Shown: positions 11,562-22,782, counted from the first letter of the stretch. The stretch is DNA of 22,927 nt from Catajapyx aquilonaris (GCA_000934665.2 KZ538059.1:124001-146927); one strand, 5' to 3'. Notes: a model not told the origin generated them from the letters alone. Made by a program: numbers and translations.

Positions 11562-13670
11562 CACATTTTCCAAAGCTCTGTTAGGGACAGTATTGCATGC
11601 AATACATTGGGCCTTAGAACTTCTGATATAAAATGTGGAATTGCTAGCAATAGGCCTACAAAACAACTTTCATATCTCAACACCTCTTACTCTATGTGGT
11701 AAAGTGCGAAACAGTTGCGGAATTTGTGACAAAGAAAAACGTTGAATTGGGTAGCTACACTTTGTACGCGAGTAAAAATTTGCTTGTTGAAACACCCTGT
11801 ATGTTCACTATTATTGCATCTGGCCAAGTGCCTTGATTGTATGTTGCATCTGCCAAGTCATCATCACCAAGAAAGTATAATTACGGATAGATTTTCCTCA
11901 GCTTCAAAAATTAGGCACTTAGATCCTTTATCATTTCCACTTTTCAGCTATGCTATCAGTTAAGTGTTGAAATTTTCCATGTAGTAATTTAGCCGTTACG
12001 ATGTCGATAAGTGAATAACTTGAAGTGTTTATACCGTCGAGACCTGTTAAGTCTGTTGTATAGCTTGAGTTTGGAGCCTTCTCGGCAACTGTAAACAGGG
12101 GTGAAAGTTTGTAGTGGAGGTTGAAGGGTAGGAGGGGAGCAGGTGGGGAGCAGGTGGGGGAAGGCCTGGCCAGCCACCAAGGCAGAGGTTCTTGGAGGTG
12201 AGGCCAGCTCCAAATGAAGGCAACGGCTGCTCAACGTGGCTGCCAGTTGTAAGGAGAAACTTTACAGATTAATAATGCGCAAGTCGAGAGATCCGCGCCT
12301 CCTGCCGGATTTTCGGACGACAATTTGCATCATGTAGCCAATCGTGAGCCTCAGAAACTAAGGATTTGAGGAGTGGAAAGGGGGAAGGGGGAGACGGTTT
12401 CCTGGATCCTGAATGACGTTCCAACTTTCAGAAAACTCCAGATCAGGGGAACAATATCCTTCTTGCTTCCGGTCACGAGAGCTATAACAGCGTTAGATAA
12501 TGCAAGGCACGCCTGAATGTTAACCATGTGGCATCTTCTGGCGCTTGCATCGTAATAAATCCTGCTTCTCTAGAGGATCCAATCTGCATAAGTGCAACCC
12601 TTACACCAGGAGGCCTTCTCCCATTTCCATTTCCACAGAAATTTAATTCCTTCGCAAGTCAGGTATCAGGAAATCAACGGAAAATATTACGTCCGCACAC
12701 AATCTACTGGATAGGTTACAAGCTGGTGTTAATGAAGCAATTAAAAGTAGGAGCAGAAATGTTTAGTACACGCAGAGTTTATTACGTTTAATCATGCTGT
12801 GGAGTACAGTGTGCATAGTTTTCCTTGCACCTGCGGCATTATGACACCATTTTTTGATCGAAGAGTCCTCTGCACCTATCCAGTTTTCAAAGGGAGAAGT
12901 TTGGAGCTGTAGTGGGTAACTGTACGGTGCCGAGGCACAGTTCCAGTAACAACTATTAATTTAATATTATGGCACAAAATTTAAACCACAAAGCTGAGCG
13001 GTCTCCTCTTTTTTGTGACATTCCGTCCACTCTGCCACAAACAACGAACAGAGGAACAGATTTGGTATCGGCTGGTCCCTATTTCATAAAGGTAAACAGC
13101 GGTTACCTAATTTTAGCGCCCTTTAAAGTATAGTCACAAAATGAGCAGACTTTGTCGATTACGTAGCCTAATATTTTTGATATTAGGTTTTAATTTACTC
13201 TGCTGTATCACTCTCATTACGGCAAATTCTTGTCTCAAAAATGCTTGGCGTGATCCAGTGTATCACTTTCGTGAATTTTGATTCCAGAAATGACAAGCAA
13301 GACTTTTTTTGTCCAGAATTGTAATGTTTATAGGAACACATTCATGTTAGAAACTCTCTGTAATGTAAATGACTGCAGTAACAATAATAAATTGAATAAT
13401 TCCTGGGTACTTAATACACAGTGAAACAAACAAGTATTCTCAGACTAAGAACATTCTGTAACTTCAGAATGTAACAAAATGATGCCATTGTACTGCATAT
13501 ATTTTATACTTATACAGTGCATGGTAGGCTATACAGTGCACGATGCAGCAGGTGACAAAAATAAATTATTTTATAACTTAAACAGATATACAATAATTGT
13601 TAACAGTGCATCATAATATATTTATGTCTTCAATAAGGTCTGGGGAAGGAAGTTTGTGCTTTTACTGTAG

Positions 13671-13910
13671 CTGTGGGGACGTCTGTCCCCACAGTTCGAA
13701 TTGCGGGGACATTTGTCGGTCCCCACAGACTTTTCATCGTCCGCGATGTGTACTATTACAGTGGGGACATGTCGAAATTAGTGGGGACATGTCCCCACTA
13801 TTTTCATTTGTAGGGTTTCACAAAAGTCCATTTTTCTCAGCCTAGGTGAGTTAGGTTAGGTTAGGTTAGGTTACAGTAGCTTCGAAAAGTTGAATTTTCA
13901 CGTCCCCACA
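13671..13910. mobile_element. palindrome-rich interspersed element with GTGGGGAC/GTCCCCAC motifs and internal (TTAGG)4; class unresolved
   Basis: Eight motif copies start at 13673, 13685, 13703 (variant), 13719, 13761, 13781, 13791 and 13902. There is a 10-bp-stem hairpin at 13671-13694 and a perfect 22-bp palindrome at 13779-13800. Calling it a mobile element is inference. Confidence 0.55.
13851..13873 (+). repeat. interstitial (TTAGG)4 telomere-type repeat
   Basis: ttagg x4 plus tta read directly. TTAGG is the common arthropod telomere unit. Confidence 0.85.
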
Positions 13911-16900
13911 CCTTAGTGAAGACAAGTCGCTATGGGCTCTAGAGTGTAATAAATAACCATACACTTCAGGAATACTGTACCTAATAACATGCAGTGAATA
14001 AGAATATACGGTATGTGAAAACCCTTTGGAAACCTCGTACTCCTTGTCTTAACATTATTAAAAATATTCTTCCAAACAATGAACATAAAGAATCAACCAC
14101 TTGTGTTATGTTCACTCTCGATCACACACCCCAGGCTTAGACAAACTTCCATATAAAACCACTCTTGGCACCGCATTTCTGGAAACTCCATTTTGTCCGC
14201 CATCTGTCTAAATCTGAACTGGAGCAAAATTGAATGAAATAGCGCGCCCAATCCCCTTCCAAAACTTGAGTTGGCTGTGAGAGAACAGGAGTAGAATTCA
14301 TTGACGTAGGAGCTGGGCGCTTAATATTGTCACGGAGTGGCCGTGCGGTGGGTAATTTTATCGTGCTCACGGGTAACAAAACAAGCTTGCGCATCGCATG
14401 CCTCCAAGTCCATCCCGAGCTGAATTATCCCGGAAAAGCCCGGCGCGGAGACGAGGTTTTAATCCCCAGGAGGGAAATGAGAGACTGGCCAAAAACTTGG
14501 GCTCCATTGGTCGGCGCACTTTTAAAACAAAAGTGGACCGCACTCTGTCGGAATGGCCAGGGACTGCAAGGCACCATTTGTCTCCAAATCCTAACAAAGT
14601 GGCGCAATTTTAAAATTCGCTCAAATTCCAGCAAGTGCAGCACGACCCAACTGGCTGTGGCTCTGGTCCGGAATTTATTTAATCTGGGGAGTAATTGGTA
14701 ATTTGGTGTGCGGACAAACATGACGCAATTCGCCCTTCACCTTCCAGTCACGCTGGACCTCCCCTTCGAAATCATTCAAGGCTATTAGCCAACTGGCTGA
14801 AATATTCCTCCCTCGTTTCTGGACGACTATCGATGCTCGTTATGACCGTCATGGGATGCATGGGAAGCAGGGTCGCTTCTCTTCGAATTAGGGGGACTGC
14901 CTTGTCAAGTTGGGACCCAAGTGCAGACTGCTTTTTTTCGGCTCTTAACGCTTCCAGGCACTTTGCAGTTACGTGAATGCGTTGCACTAGGATAATCATG
15001 TTTAGGGGGGTTTACATGGGGAAAAGTACAGGGTGCATTCAGTTAGCGTCACTTTTAAAGAGATTCGCTTCATATAAAAATGTACGGGTCTGTGGGTAAC
15101 AATGGTGACGTCATTGTCATTATGTATCAATCTCGGCAAGATCGTAAGTTGTAGCAGATTATGAAGTCGTTTTTAATGCACCGATTTTGTCCCACATTAC
15201 CGAAGTTCGTAGGAATAAGTCTAGGGGCATGGCAATGTGTCATGTCGTCTATCTCGTTACAGGTTGCCCCACAACATTTTTCTCCTTCTACATTTTTGAC
15301 TTGTTTTTGGCCCATTATTACGGTGGCGGTAACGTCCCATAGTAAGAGCATAGCACAGCACCGTCAGAAGTGCTGCTCGGTGGGCAAATGAAGGGGCGTC
15401 TGTGACAAAGTTGCTGGCATTTTGAGGGTCGCAGCTCGTGTGACTTGACGTCAGGAGCAGGTATTATCTATCAACTGATTATCCCATGCAGCTGCTTAAA
15501 ATATTTACAACACTTGGCGCTCCCATTCAACTCCATCCTGTGTAATTGGAGAGTGCAGTGACTCCAAGTAGTCTTCTCAGCCAGGAAACCGCCTGTAATG
15601 GAACAATACAACGGTAGTACGGTAGTTAATTAGCAGTGGAATGAACAATGGTCCAATGCGAGCGCTACACTGTATGCAGATGAGGAATATTAAAGTGCCT
15701 ACTGGCGTCATTCCACAGCTAACGAAAAAAAAAGTACTATATACTCCGGACTAATCATTAATTAGCACTGCCCAAAGCTATTCCCACTAATAATGTTTCC
15801 GAGAGTTCTTTTTCTAATTTAGTAACATTCGATAGAAATCTTTAGGGCCACTTTCCAAATTCAGCACGTTTTATAAAATAGCTGCTGCGATTACTCCAAT
15901 ATTATTGACCACTTTTAATGTTTGAAGTCATTGCGCAGTTAATACACACGAGAGTAATTAATATGTATGGTTATGTAAGGCGTTCACGGGCAGTATCACA
16001 CATGTCGGCCTTTCCCAACCGTTGAACGCATTGCGTAAGTTTCATCATAATAATTCAGGAAGCGCCGGAAGCTGGGAATGAGCAAAGAAAACCGCAACTG
16101 GATTACTTTATAAGCTACACGCACAACAAGCCTTGAGATGCGGTTGAGATTTCCCTGGAGTGGTGTTACACCTGAGTGTATAAGCCGGAATTAACTCGGA
16201 AGATGGTGTGTGGGCATACTTGTTAACAAGTTACCTGCCTCCGAAACTAGCAGCTTCATCATTGATTGTGGGGTTATTCTGTCACGCATTTGAAAAGCCC
16301 CGCAGGCTTTTCAGTGTAATATGTTACTATATAGGTTATAAACGGTTGGCTGTGTGTGTGGTCGACCATGATTAACTCCGCAAATTGCAACTTACGTGAG
16401 CGAGTTTTAAGAATTAATACTAATAAATAATTTGCGGCAATCTCTGGCTTTGATTTGTGTGAATAAATTATGACGCACTTATGTAGCTTAATGCATGGCA
16501 ATTACCAGTACAGAGCTTGTGGATTTAGCTTGCGATTTAAAATGAGAGCATCACATGTACTTGGAAGTTTTCCTTGTACCATACAAATATACAGTAAGTG
16601 CAGCATTAAAATCATTTAATTCATGCTCTTTTCCTGTGCGACCAGTAATGGCGGTTCTGGTGTACAGATCCATTACATGTAGCCTTTGCTGGATTAAAAT
16701 TGACTGCTTCACATGTGGAATGGAGATTATTACGGTCTGATGTAAAAGTAATGAGAATCTCATTGCTTCACTTATGGTACTCAGCTATGCCAACATGATG
16801 CGTGGTAGTCTAATGGAAAGGTAATGGCTATTTTTTGTAACAAATTCGAGCAAATACTAAGTACGTCAGCAAAATAAAAATCCGGACTGATCAGTAACAT

Positions 16901-17587
16901 GATCCGGGCCTTTACCACCTTGTAACACACTTCTTGTATCCAAGCCCAAATCCGGATTGAAAGATAGAAACCAGTAACAACACTGGCGAAAAAGCTGCGT
17001 GATCCTTACATCCGACAATCCCCACTAGTTTTTTTTTTGCCTATTCCAAAAACCTACAACTATCGAACCCCCTCTCCCTGATTGGCTCCTTTTGCGAAGC
17101 GACCAGATCACAACAATAGTGGGAGGGTCTAACGCGCTTTCACAATAGACCTCAATCCCGTTAGAGGAGGGACTGCTGGTACGTTAGGTTGGATATCACT
17201 TGAAGGGAAAAAAGGAATAAAAGGAAGAGAGTGGGTGGTAGTAGAGGCGGAATACGACTCTCGACAAATGGCACAACAACACGAGAACGCAGCTGACAAT
17301 TTGATCCGACCAAGGAAAATAAATTCAACGCCCATTTCGTCTCCGCCCTTTTCGATGTTTAGGCTGGGTGTTATGTTTTTCAACCGAGAGTGTTCGCCAC
17401 AGTATCATATTTCAGAACATACCCTGTATAGAATGTCAAAACAGTTTGGGGGAAAATATTCCGACGAACTATTACAACTTATGCAAGCTAAAATGGCCCA
17501 AAGATTCTTTCTTATTCCTACATTTTTGACGTTTTTTTGGGGCCAAGTACACACCTGCGTACACCCTCGGAAATCTCATTAAACAGG

Positions 17588-17654
17588 TGGCGCAGCATAA
17601 CTGTTGTTGCTCTTGCGCCATAAAACCCTAATCAATCAATTAGTCAGTCAATCA
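17588..17654 (+). mobile_element. 3' terminus of an I/Nimb-like LINE or dependent SINE
   Basis: Hairpin tggcgca...tgcgcca (17588-17620), then taaaaccc and a (TCAA)n-like tail aatcaatcaattagtcagtcaatca. This matches the layout I recall for I-group LINE 3' ends in arthropods. Confidence 0.55.
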
Positions 17655-18128
17655 TTGAACGGGATTTCCAACGGTATACATGCTGAGTATACTCCAAATA
17701 TGAGGTGGACATTTTCACCGATAAGAATGTGAGCTAAATGATGGAACACATGGTACAGGTCAAGCCTGCTCTTTGTAAGTCTATTCCAGTAAATAAGGTA
17801 CAATCCCAAGTAGCCTGGTTGTGGTATGTTTGAAACACTATGTCAATTTAGTTTGAATACTCAGGTAGTACAGAAACTCAATTTGACAAAGAAGAAACCG
17901 CGTGATCGATCGAGGTTTAAATTCCATCCAGACACGAAGCTGCTGCCTGTAGACATAAGCGACAAATTCCGCCCGCCCACTTTCCCTCGGTCTATAACGT
18001 GTCCTCAAAAGAAACAGAGATGAGCAAGTTGGGGCCACTTTCTACCACACCCTGGCCTCCCAATCATCCACTCTCCTCTTAAGAAGCTTATCGTGGAACC
18101 GCAAGAGAAGAATGGCTCAGCTACAGTT

Positions 18129-18475
18129 TATAGCCTATAGCTTCCTCGTTGGTTCATATCAGAATATAACTCCCAGCCATCAAACGTAGGCAACTTCACT
18201 GAAAAAAAGGCAGTGGAATAGGGTGGCTGTAAGTCTATTTTCAACAGATAATGTGATACGTTATGTCAAGCTAGTGAACCAAAACTCGGAAAAAACTGTC
18301 CACGTAGTACCATATCCCTCACATAGATGGCGCATCCTCCCTCTCTGTACACTCCTGCCAACTGTGAGGGCCGTACGAAGGGTAGTGGTACTACATACAC
18401 CTAGCTGAGCGGAGATGATGACTCACCCCGGACAAACGGACACAGACTCGAGCCAATTTTGTTTAGGTCTATGAT
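18129..18475 (+). mobile_element. probable non-autonomous Helitron/Helentron-like element (Lep1/HINE-like); boundaries approximate
   Basis: tatagcctatagcttcctcg (18129-18148) resembles a Lep1-type Helitron motif. Other cues are an internal tagatggcgc motif, internal inverted repeats, a (GACA)-like degenerate microsatellite ggacaaacggacacagac, and a terminal aattttgtttaggtctatgat. Confidence 0.45.
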
Positions 18476-19830
18476 ATTGCACGTGTCCCTCTATATTGTA
18501 CGCGGCAAGCTATTAGTGTAAAAAATAGTTTCGTACCAATCACTGACGCATATGATTTGGATTCTTACCCGAACCGTAGAGAAATAGCAATAGCGAGGGA
18601 TCTGTTCTATCATGCATAATCGCATTATTTTCTCTAATCTCTCCGACGAAAAGGTCGGAATTGTTTCAACAAGCTTTGGAGCATTTTGGGCTGCAGGTAG
18701 CCTACTTCCAGAAGTTTGCTGAACTGTATTTAATAATTCATTCAGATCTCAGGATGCTTCTGCTGACGCAGTTAGCGGTGTCGTTGTGGCATTCAAGGCT
18801 TTCGTAATTTAAACGGAGAAATATGATAAGCTAATTTATTCCATCATCCCACTTACGGCAATGTAACTGAATATATTCCGCATTAAAAGTTGTTAGTTCC
18901 TTTATTCCCTTGTGGCAAAATCACTGTAAGCTGTTTAAATTATTGCATTCTGTAATCGGCTTTCTTTGGAGAAGTCAACAATCTCATTATTGCAACGGAG
19001 CAGATGCACTAGAGCAGCATGGAGCTTATTGATGTCCTAGAAAACCTTTTTAAATATCAAAAACCTCTTAATGGCTGTTTTATTCTACGTTGTGCCACTT
19101 GTTAAAGTAAGCTATGTCTCCTAACCTGCAGTATGTCCTTGATGCCATCCCGTGATTGTAAAAGTGTCTCAATTTCCCGGCCTTGTAGAATGCGACAAGA
19201 CACTACCTATAAACCAGATATGGCGATAGCTTGATGGAACAAAATGGGAAATCATTTAAGGGTGTGCAAGGAAGGAAAACTACTGCGATGAAAGTAATGC
19301 TCATGCTTTTGAAAACTGAGTCTCTTATGGAAGATCCTATAGCCCTTATGATAAGGTAATCACGTCGTGGAACACTGATGCAACTGATGCAGCCACGCAC
19401 ACACATTATACCGTGCACAAAAAATATCCCAGGCTGAACTACAAGTACAAGAGCATAATTGTGTAAAATCCCACTATCTCGGTGTACAGTATAACACGTC
19501 GTATAAGCGGCCAATAATATATTATCACCAATAGTCTAGCATACATAAAAATATATCCTGTAATGCTAGGAATTCACCCTAGAAGTTGATCGGGAATAGG
19601 AGACATGATAATTGCAATAATAACTTTAATCCTATATCTCAACAATGTAGCTCGCACTTAAATGCTCAGTAGTAACTACCATGAACGTTTGGAAGCTCCA
19701 TTCAGATATTTTGTTTTATTAACAGTTTAACGTCGACCATATACGGCCTTGTGTGGAAAAATTAAGAGCTGCATATTTTTCTAACTATTTGCATTGGCGG
19801 CATTGGTCACTATTTAGAAATTTTCCGATA

Positions 19831-20299
19831 TATGGCCAATCAAAAATGCAGCTTTGCAATGCTTTTGCTGCTGTTAGTTCTATAGGTTCCGCAGTTTAAT
19901 CGATCAACATTGATTGTGTGATACAGTTTTTGGCACCGGCTGTTTTTAAGTACGAAACACATCGGCAAGTGCAAGATTATAATATGTATAGCCTACCGGT
20001 ATGTACTACATTTGCGTATAATTTGGCTAAGAAATAACAATAACTAAGGCGCACCTTTATTCTTCACCTCCACCGACATTGTTTATACTGTACTATATTT
20101 CCTTTCCTTAACAGACGACTACACTTTAATATTATAATGTTTATAATGTATTTGGAATATATTAGAGAATTTCTGAAAGCGTCTATCCCGGCACACTTGA
20201 ATAAAATTTTTGTCAAATTATAAACAAATCAACAAAAAAGTAATTTCCTAACATTGGCGAAACTGATTAGATTTTTAATTGCATCGTAGAAAGTGTGCA
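19831..20299. repeat. diverged direct repeat, copy A
   Basis: Collinear blocks shared with 20818-21255: 47/49 identity (19831-19879), 32/35 (20045-20079), plus gactacactt(t/c)aatatt, acacttgaataa and tagaaagtgtgca. Confidence 0.85.
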
Positions 20300-20817
20300 C
20301 AAATTCTTTACCCATTGAGAGCAAAACTCACGTCACATACCCTATGAATTCGAATCAATTCATGGTGACCACAGACTCCACATGCAGAAGTTTATCGAGC
20401 TAGTTAAGAAAGGCCCTTGGTAGGGTGCTGCAAGTTGAAAGTTCACAATCCAAGATGTTGGGAGTGGGGTTATGAATTTTTACACTCAGCATCAGCCCGT
20501 TTAACGAGAAGCCCTTTGGGAGCAATGATCAGGGCCACATGTGATTGTTGCATCTTCTTTTAACTGCTTGTTCGGGATAAGTACTTCACAACTTCCTCGG
20601 CTCCTCCCCTGGGGACTGCACTACGCTGTAAAGCAGAAGGTGACAATATAACTATAACGGAACTGTTCAGCAAGAATTTATTAAACAAAGGTATATTTCA
20701 CACAATTTATTATTGGATAGGAAATTAGTATAAAATTGCATAAAAGATGGCTAGCATTATTTTATGGAGGATGTAATTCTAAAACTCCTGTGTGACAGAT
20801 AAAAAGAATTCCTCTAT

Positions 20818-21255
20818 TATGGCCAATCAAAAATGCAGCATTGCAATGCTTTTGCTGCTGTTTGTTTTAGGTTTCAAAATACTGTACACCTTCAAATGTG
20901 TGCCTTTTGGCGTATGATTTCTTTTTGATCAGAAATATATTATAATAATTAGAATAAGGCGCACCTTTATTCATCATCTCCACTGACATAAATATATAAT
21001 ATTTTTATATCCTCATTTTTAGAAGAGACTACACTTCAATATTGTTTAACGTCCCTAGAATTATATTCACAAATTAGAGACTCTCCACCGTCAGCGGCAT
21101 GATTGTATACTCGTACAGCACCACTGAGAGAGGAAAGTTGGAAAATCCCTTCTCTGAAAACACTTGAATAACAAATTCTCAAAGTTAGACTGATGTTCAG
21201 AAAATAATACCCCGATAAGAGTGATGAGATTTTAATGTATCATAGAAAGTGTGCA
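20818..21255. repeat. diverged direct repeat, copy B
   Basis: Same ordered blocks as copy A (20818-20866, 20955-20989, 21243-21255). The first block is offset by 987 bp. Confidence 0.85.
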
Positions 21256-21537
21256 TTAATTAATCCCCGCAGTTAGGTTAATTACAATCATCGAGTTAGT
21301 CTTTAAAAAGTAATATTTTGCTTACCTGGACAAAAATTAATACTCAACTACTCATAAAAACCATGTGATGGCTAATGTGCACAGTATAACTTGGAAACAA
21401 AGATGGGTAAATAAACACTGGGTAACAAGGCTCATTAATCCCGCTGCGGGGTTCTGGGGGGATTATACTAGTCAACAAAAGTGAACTTTTTTGCTGGCAC
21501 ATGGACTTGAATGTGAAATTCTTATTGTATTTTTGCG

Positions 21538-21786
21538 CTGATTTCAAAAATGTTAACAAATATTTTCTATCGCCCACATTTTTTGAGTAATCATCATTTT
21601 GCAGTAGCAAAGTTTTCCTTCCATGTAGGCGTATAATTATGTAGCACTGATCCACAAAATTGCAATTAATTTTGGTGGATGTACATTGTACATGCTTGTG
21701 CGATTCCTAAAGTACTCTCTGTCCTGATTTCAAATCTGGTAACCATTTCATTCTATCACCTATAGGTTTTGAGTAATTGGCATTTT
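21538..21786. repeat. two ungapped 63-bp direct repeats (47/63 identical), likely internal repeats of a DNA-transposon remnant
   Basis: 21538-21600 versus 21724-21786, sharing ctgatttcaaa...ttctatc...ttttgagtaat...catttt. Confidence 0.7.
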
Positions 21787-21947
21787 TATGGTAAAAAAGT
21801 ACTTCATTTATATCACTGATCAACAAAATTAAAATATTTCCGGAACATGTACATAATATATTAAATAGGCACCATGTACTTAACAACTTAAAATACAATA
21901 AAGGTCCACGCTATATACCCCGGAAGGGGTGAAAGCATTACCCACAA

Positions 21948-22130
<183 letters not shown>

Positions 22131-22255
22131 CAGGGTGTCTCATCTTTTTTGTCCGAACAGTTATCGGAAAATTGCGCGTAGCTGCTACTTTTTAAGCAGT
22201 GACTTGCAGTCGGTGATTTGTCGGAGGAATGGGGAATGGGGAAAAAGAGGGTCAC
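22131..22255. mobile_element. Tc1/mariner-like terminal fragment (orphan end)
   Basis: TA followed by CAGGGTGTC, a typical mariner-MITE terminus, immediately after the microsatellite. No matching right TIR appears downstream in the window, so the end coordinate is approximate. Confidence 0.35.
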
Positions 22256-22266
22256 ACATCCTATGG

Positions 22267-22706
22267 CAGGGCTATTCAACTGGCGGACCGCGGTCCGGAT
22301 CCGGACCGCGACGCAATTTTGTCCGGACCGCGACGATATACAGGACAGTTTGAAATAGCATTAGAAGTTACTAATTCATGATTTTTTGGGAAAAAGTGCT
22401 TCAAATCTCTTTGAACCCCCACAAAAAAATTTCGCATGCGGCAGGCTGGCTCCCTGCCCTTTACGGCTTGTTCCCCTTGTGCTTATGAAATCGGCGCCCC
22501 TCCGAAAAAATTTCTGTACAGGACTTCATAAAGGGCGAAAATGTCTTAATAGGCCCTTCTACCCTTGCTGGACATGTTTCTATTTTCAAAAATGAACCCT
22601 GTGGTATCATATAAAATCCATATCATTCCCCCCCCCCCCCAGGGGGGGGGGTCCGGACTTTCAATGGCCCAGGAATACCTTGTCATAAACTAGTTGAATA
22701 CCCCTG
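22267..22706. mobile_element. non-autonomous hAT (Charlie/Buster-like) DNA transposon, ~440 bp
   Basis: TIRs cagggctattcaact (22267-22281) and agttgaatacccctg (22692-22706) match at 14/15. Subterminal tccggac/ggaccgcg repeats include a perfect 22-bp palindrome (22289-22310). The 8-bp flanks tcctatgg and gtctatac share only the central CTAT. Confidence 0.8.
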
Positions 22707-22782
22707 GTCTATACAGCAGAAATAAATATTCTATACTTTCACAATCAATGCCGCTGACGCGCCGAATCTTCCGAGGCTATAA

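Noticed and set aside
11590..11605. 16-bp perfect palindrome gtattgcatgcaatac
   Set aside because: A single palindrome of this length is not unexpected in a window this size.
11180..11702. Four overlapping ORFs
   Set aside because: They lie over the SINE and are chance open frames.
12504..12519. aaggcacgcctgaatg resembles miR-124
   Set aside because: Internal mismatch/indel relative to this highly conserved miRNA, and no complementary arm to form a pre-miRNA hairpin.
13671..13800. CRISPR-like reading of the repeated GTGGGGAC motifs
   Set aside because: The repeats are only 8-10 bp, alternate in orientation, are irregularly spaced, have no cas genes nearby, and sit in eukaryotic sequence.
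17012..17131. Possible decayed MITE (cccacta...tagtggg around ctgattggct); similar weak case at 18486-18601
   Set aside because: The inverted matches are too short and degenerate to call without a family consensus.
11790..17428. Orphan mariner/Harbinger-like termini (caccctg-ta at 11793, ggggggtttacatggg at 15005, ta-cagggtg at 15027, accctg-ta at 17421)
   Set aside because: The matches are short and do not pair into convincing TIRs.
18475..18494. tattgcacgtgtccc resembles the miR-92 family
   Set aside because: The 3' part diverges and neither flank provides a well-paired star arm.
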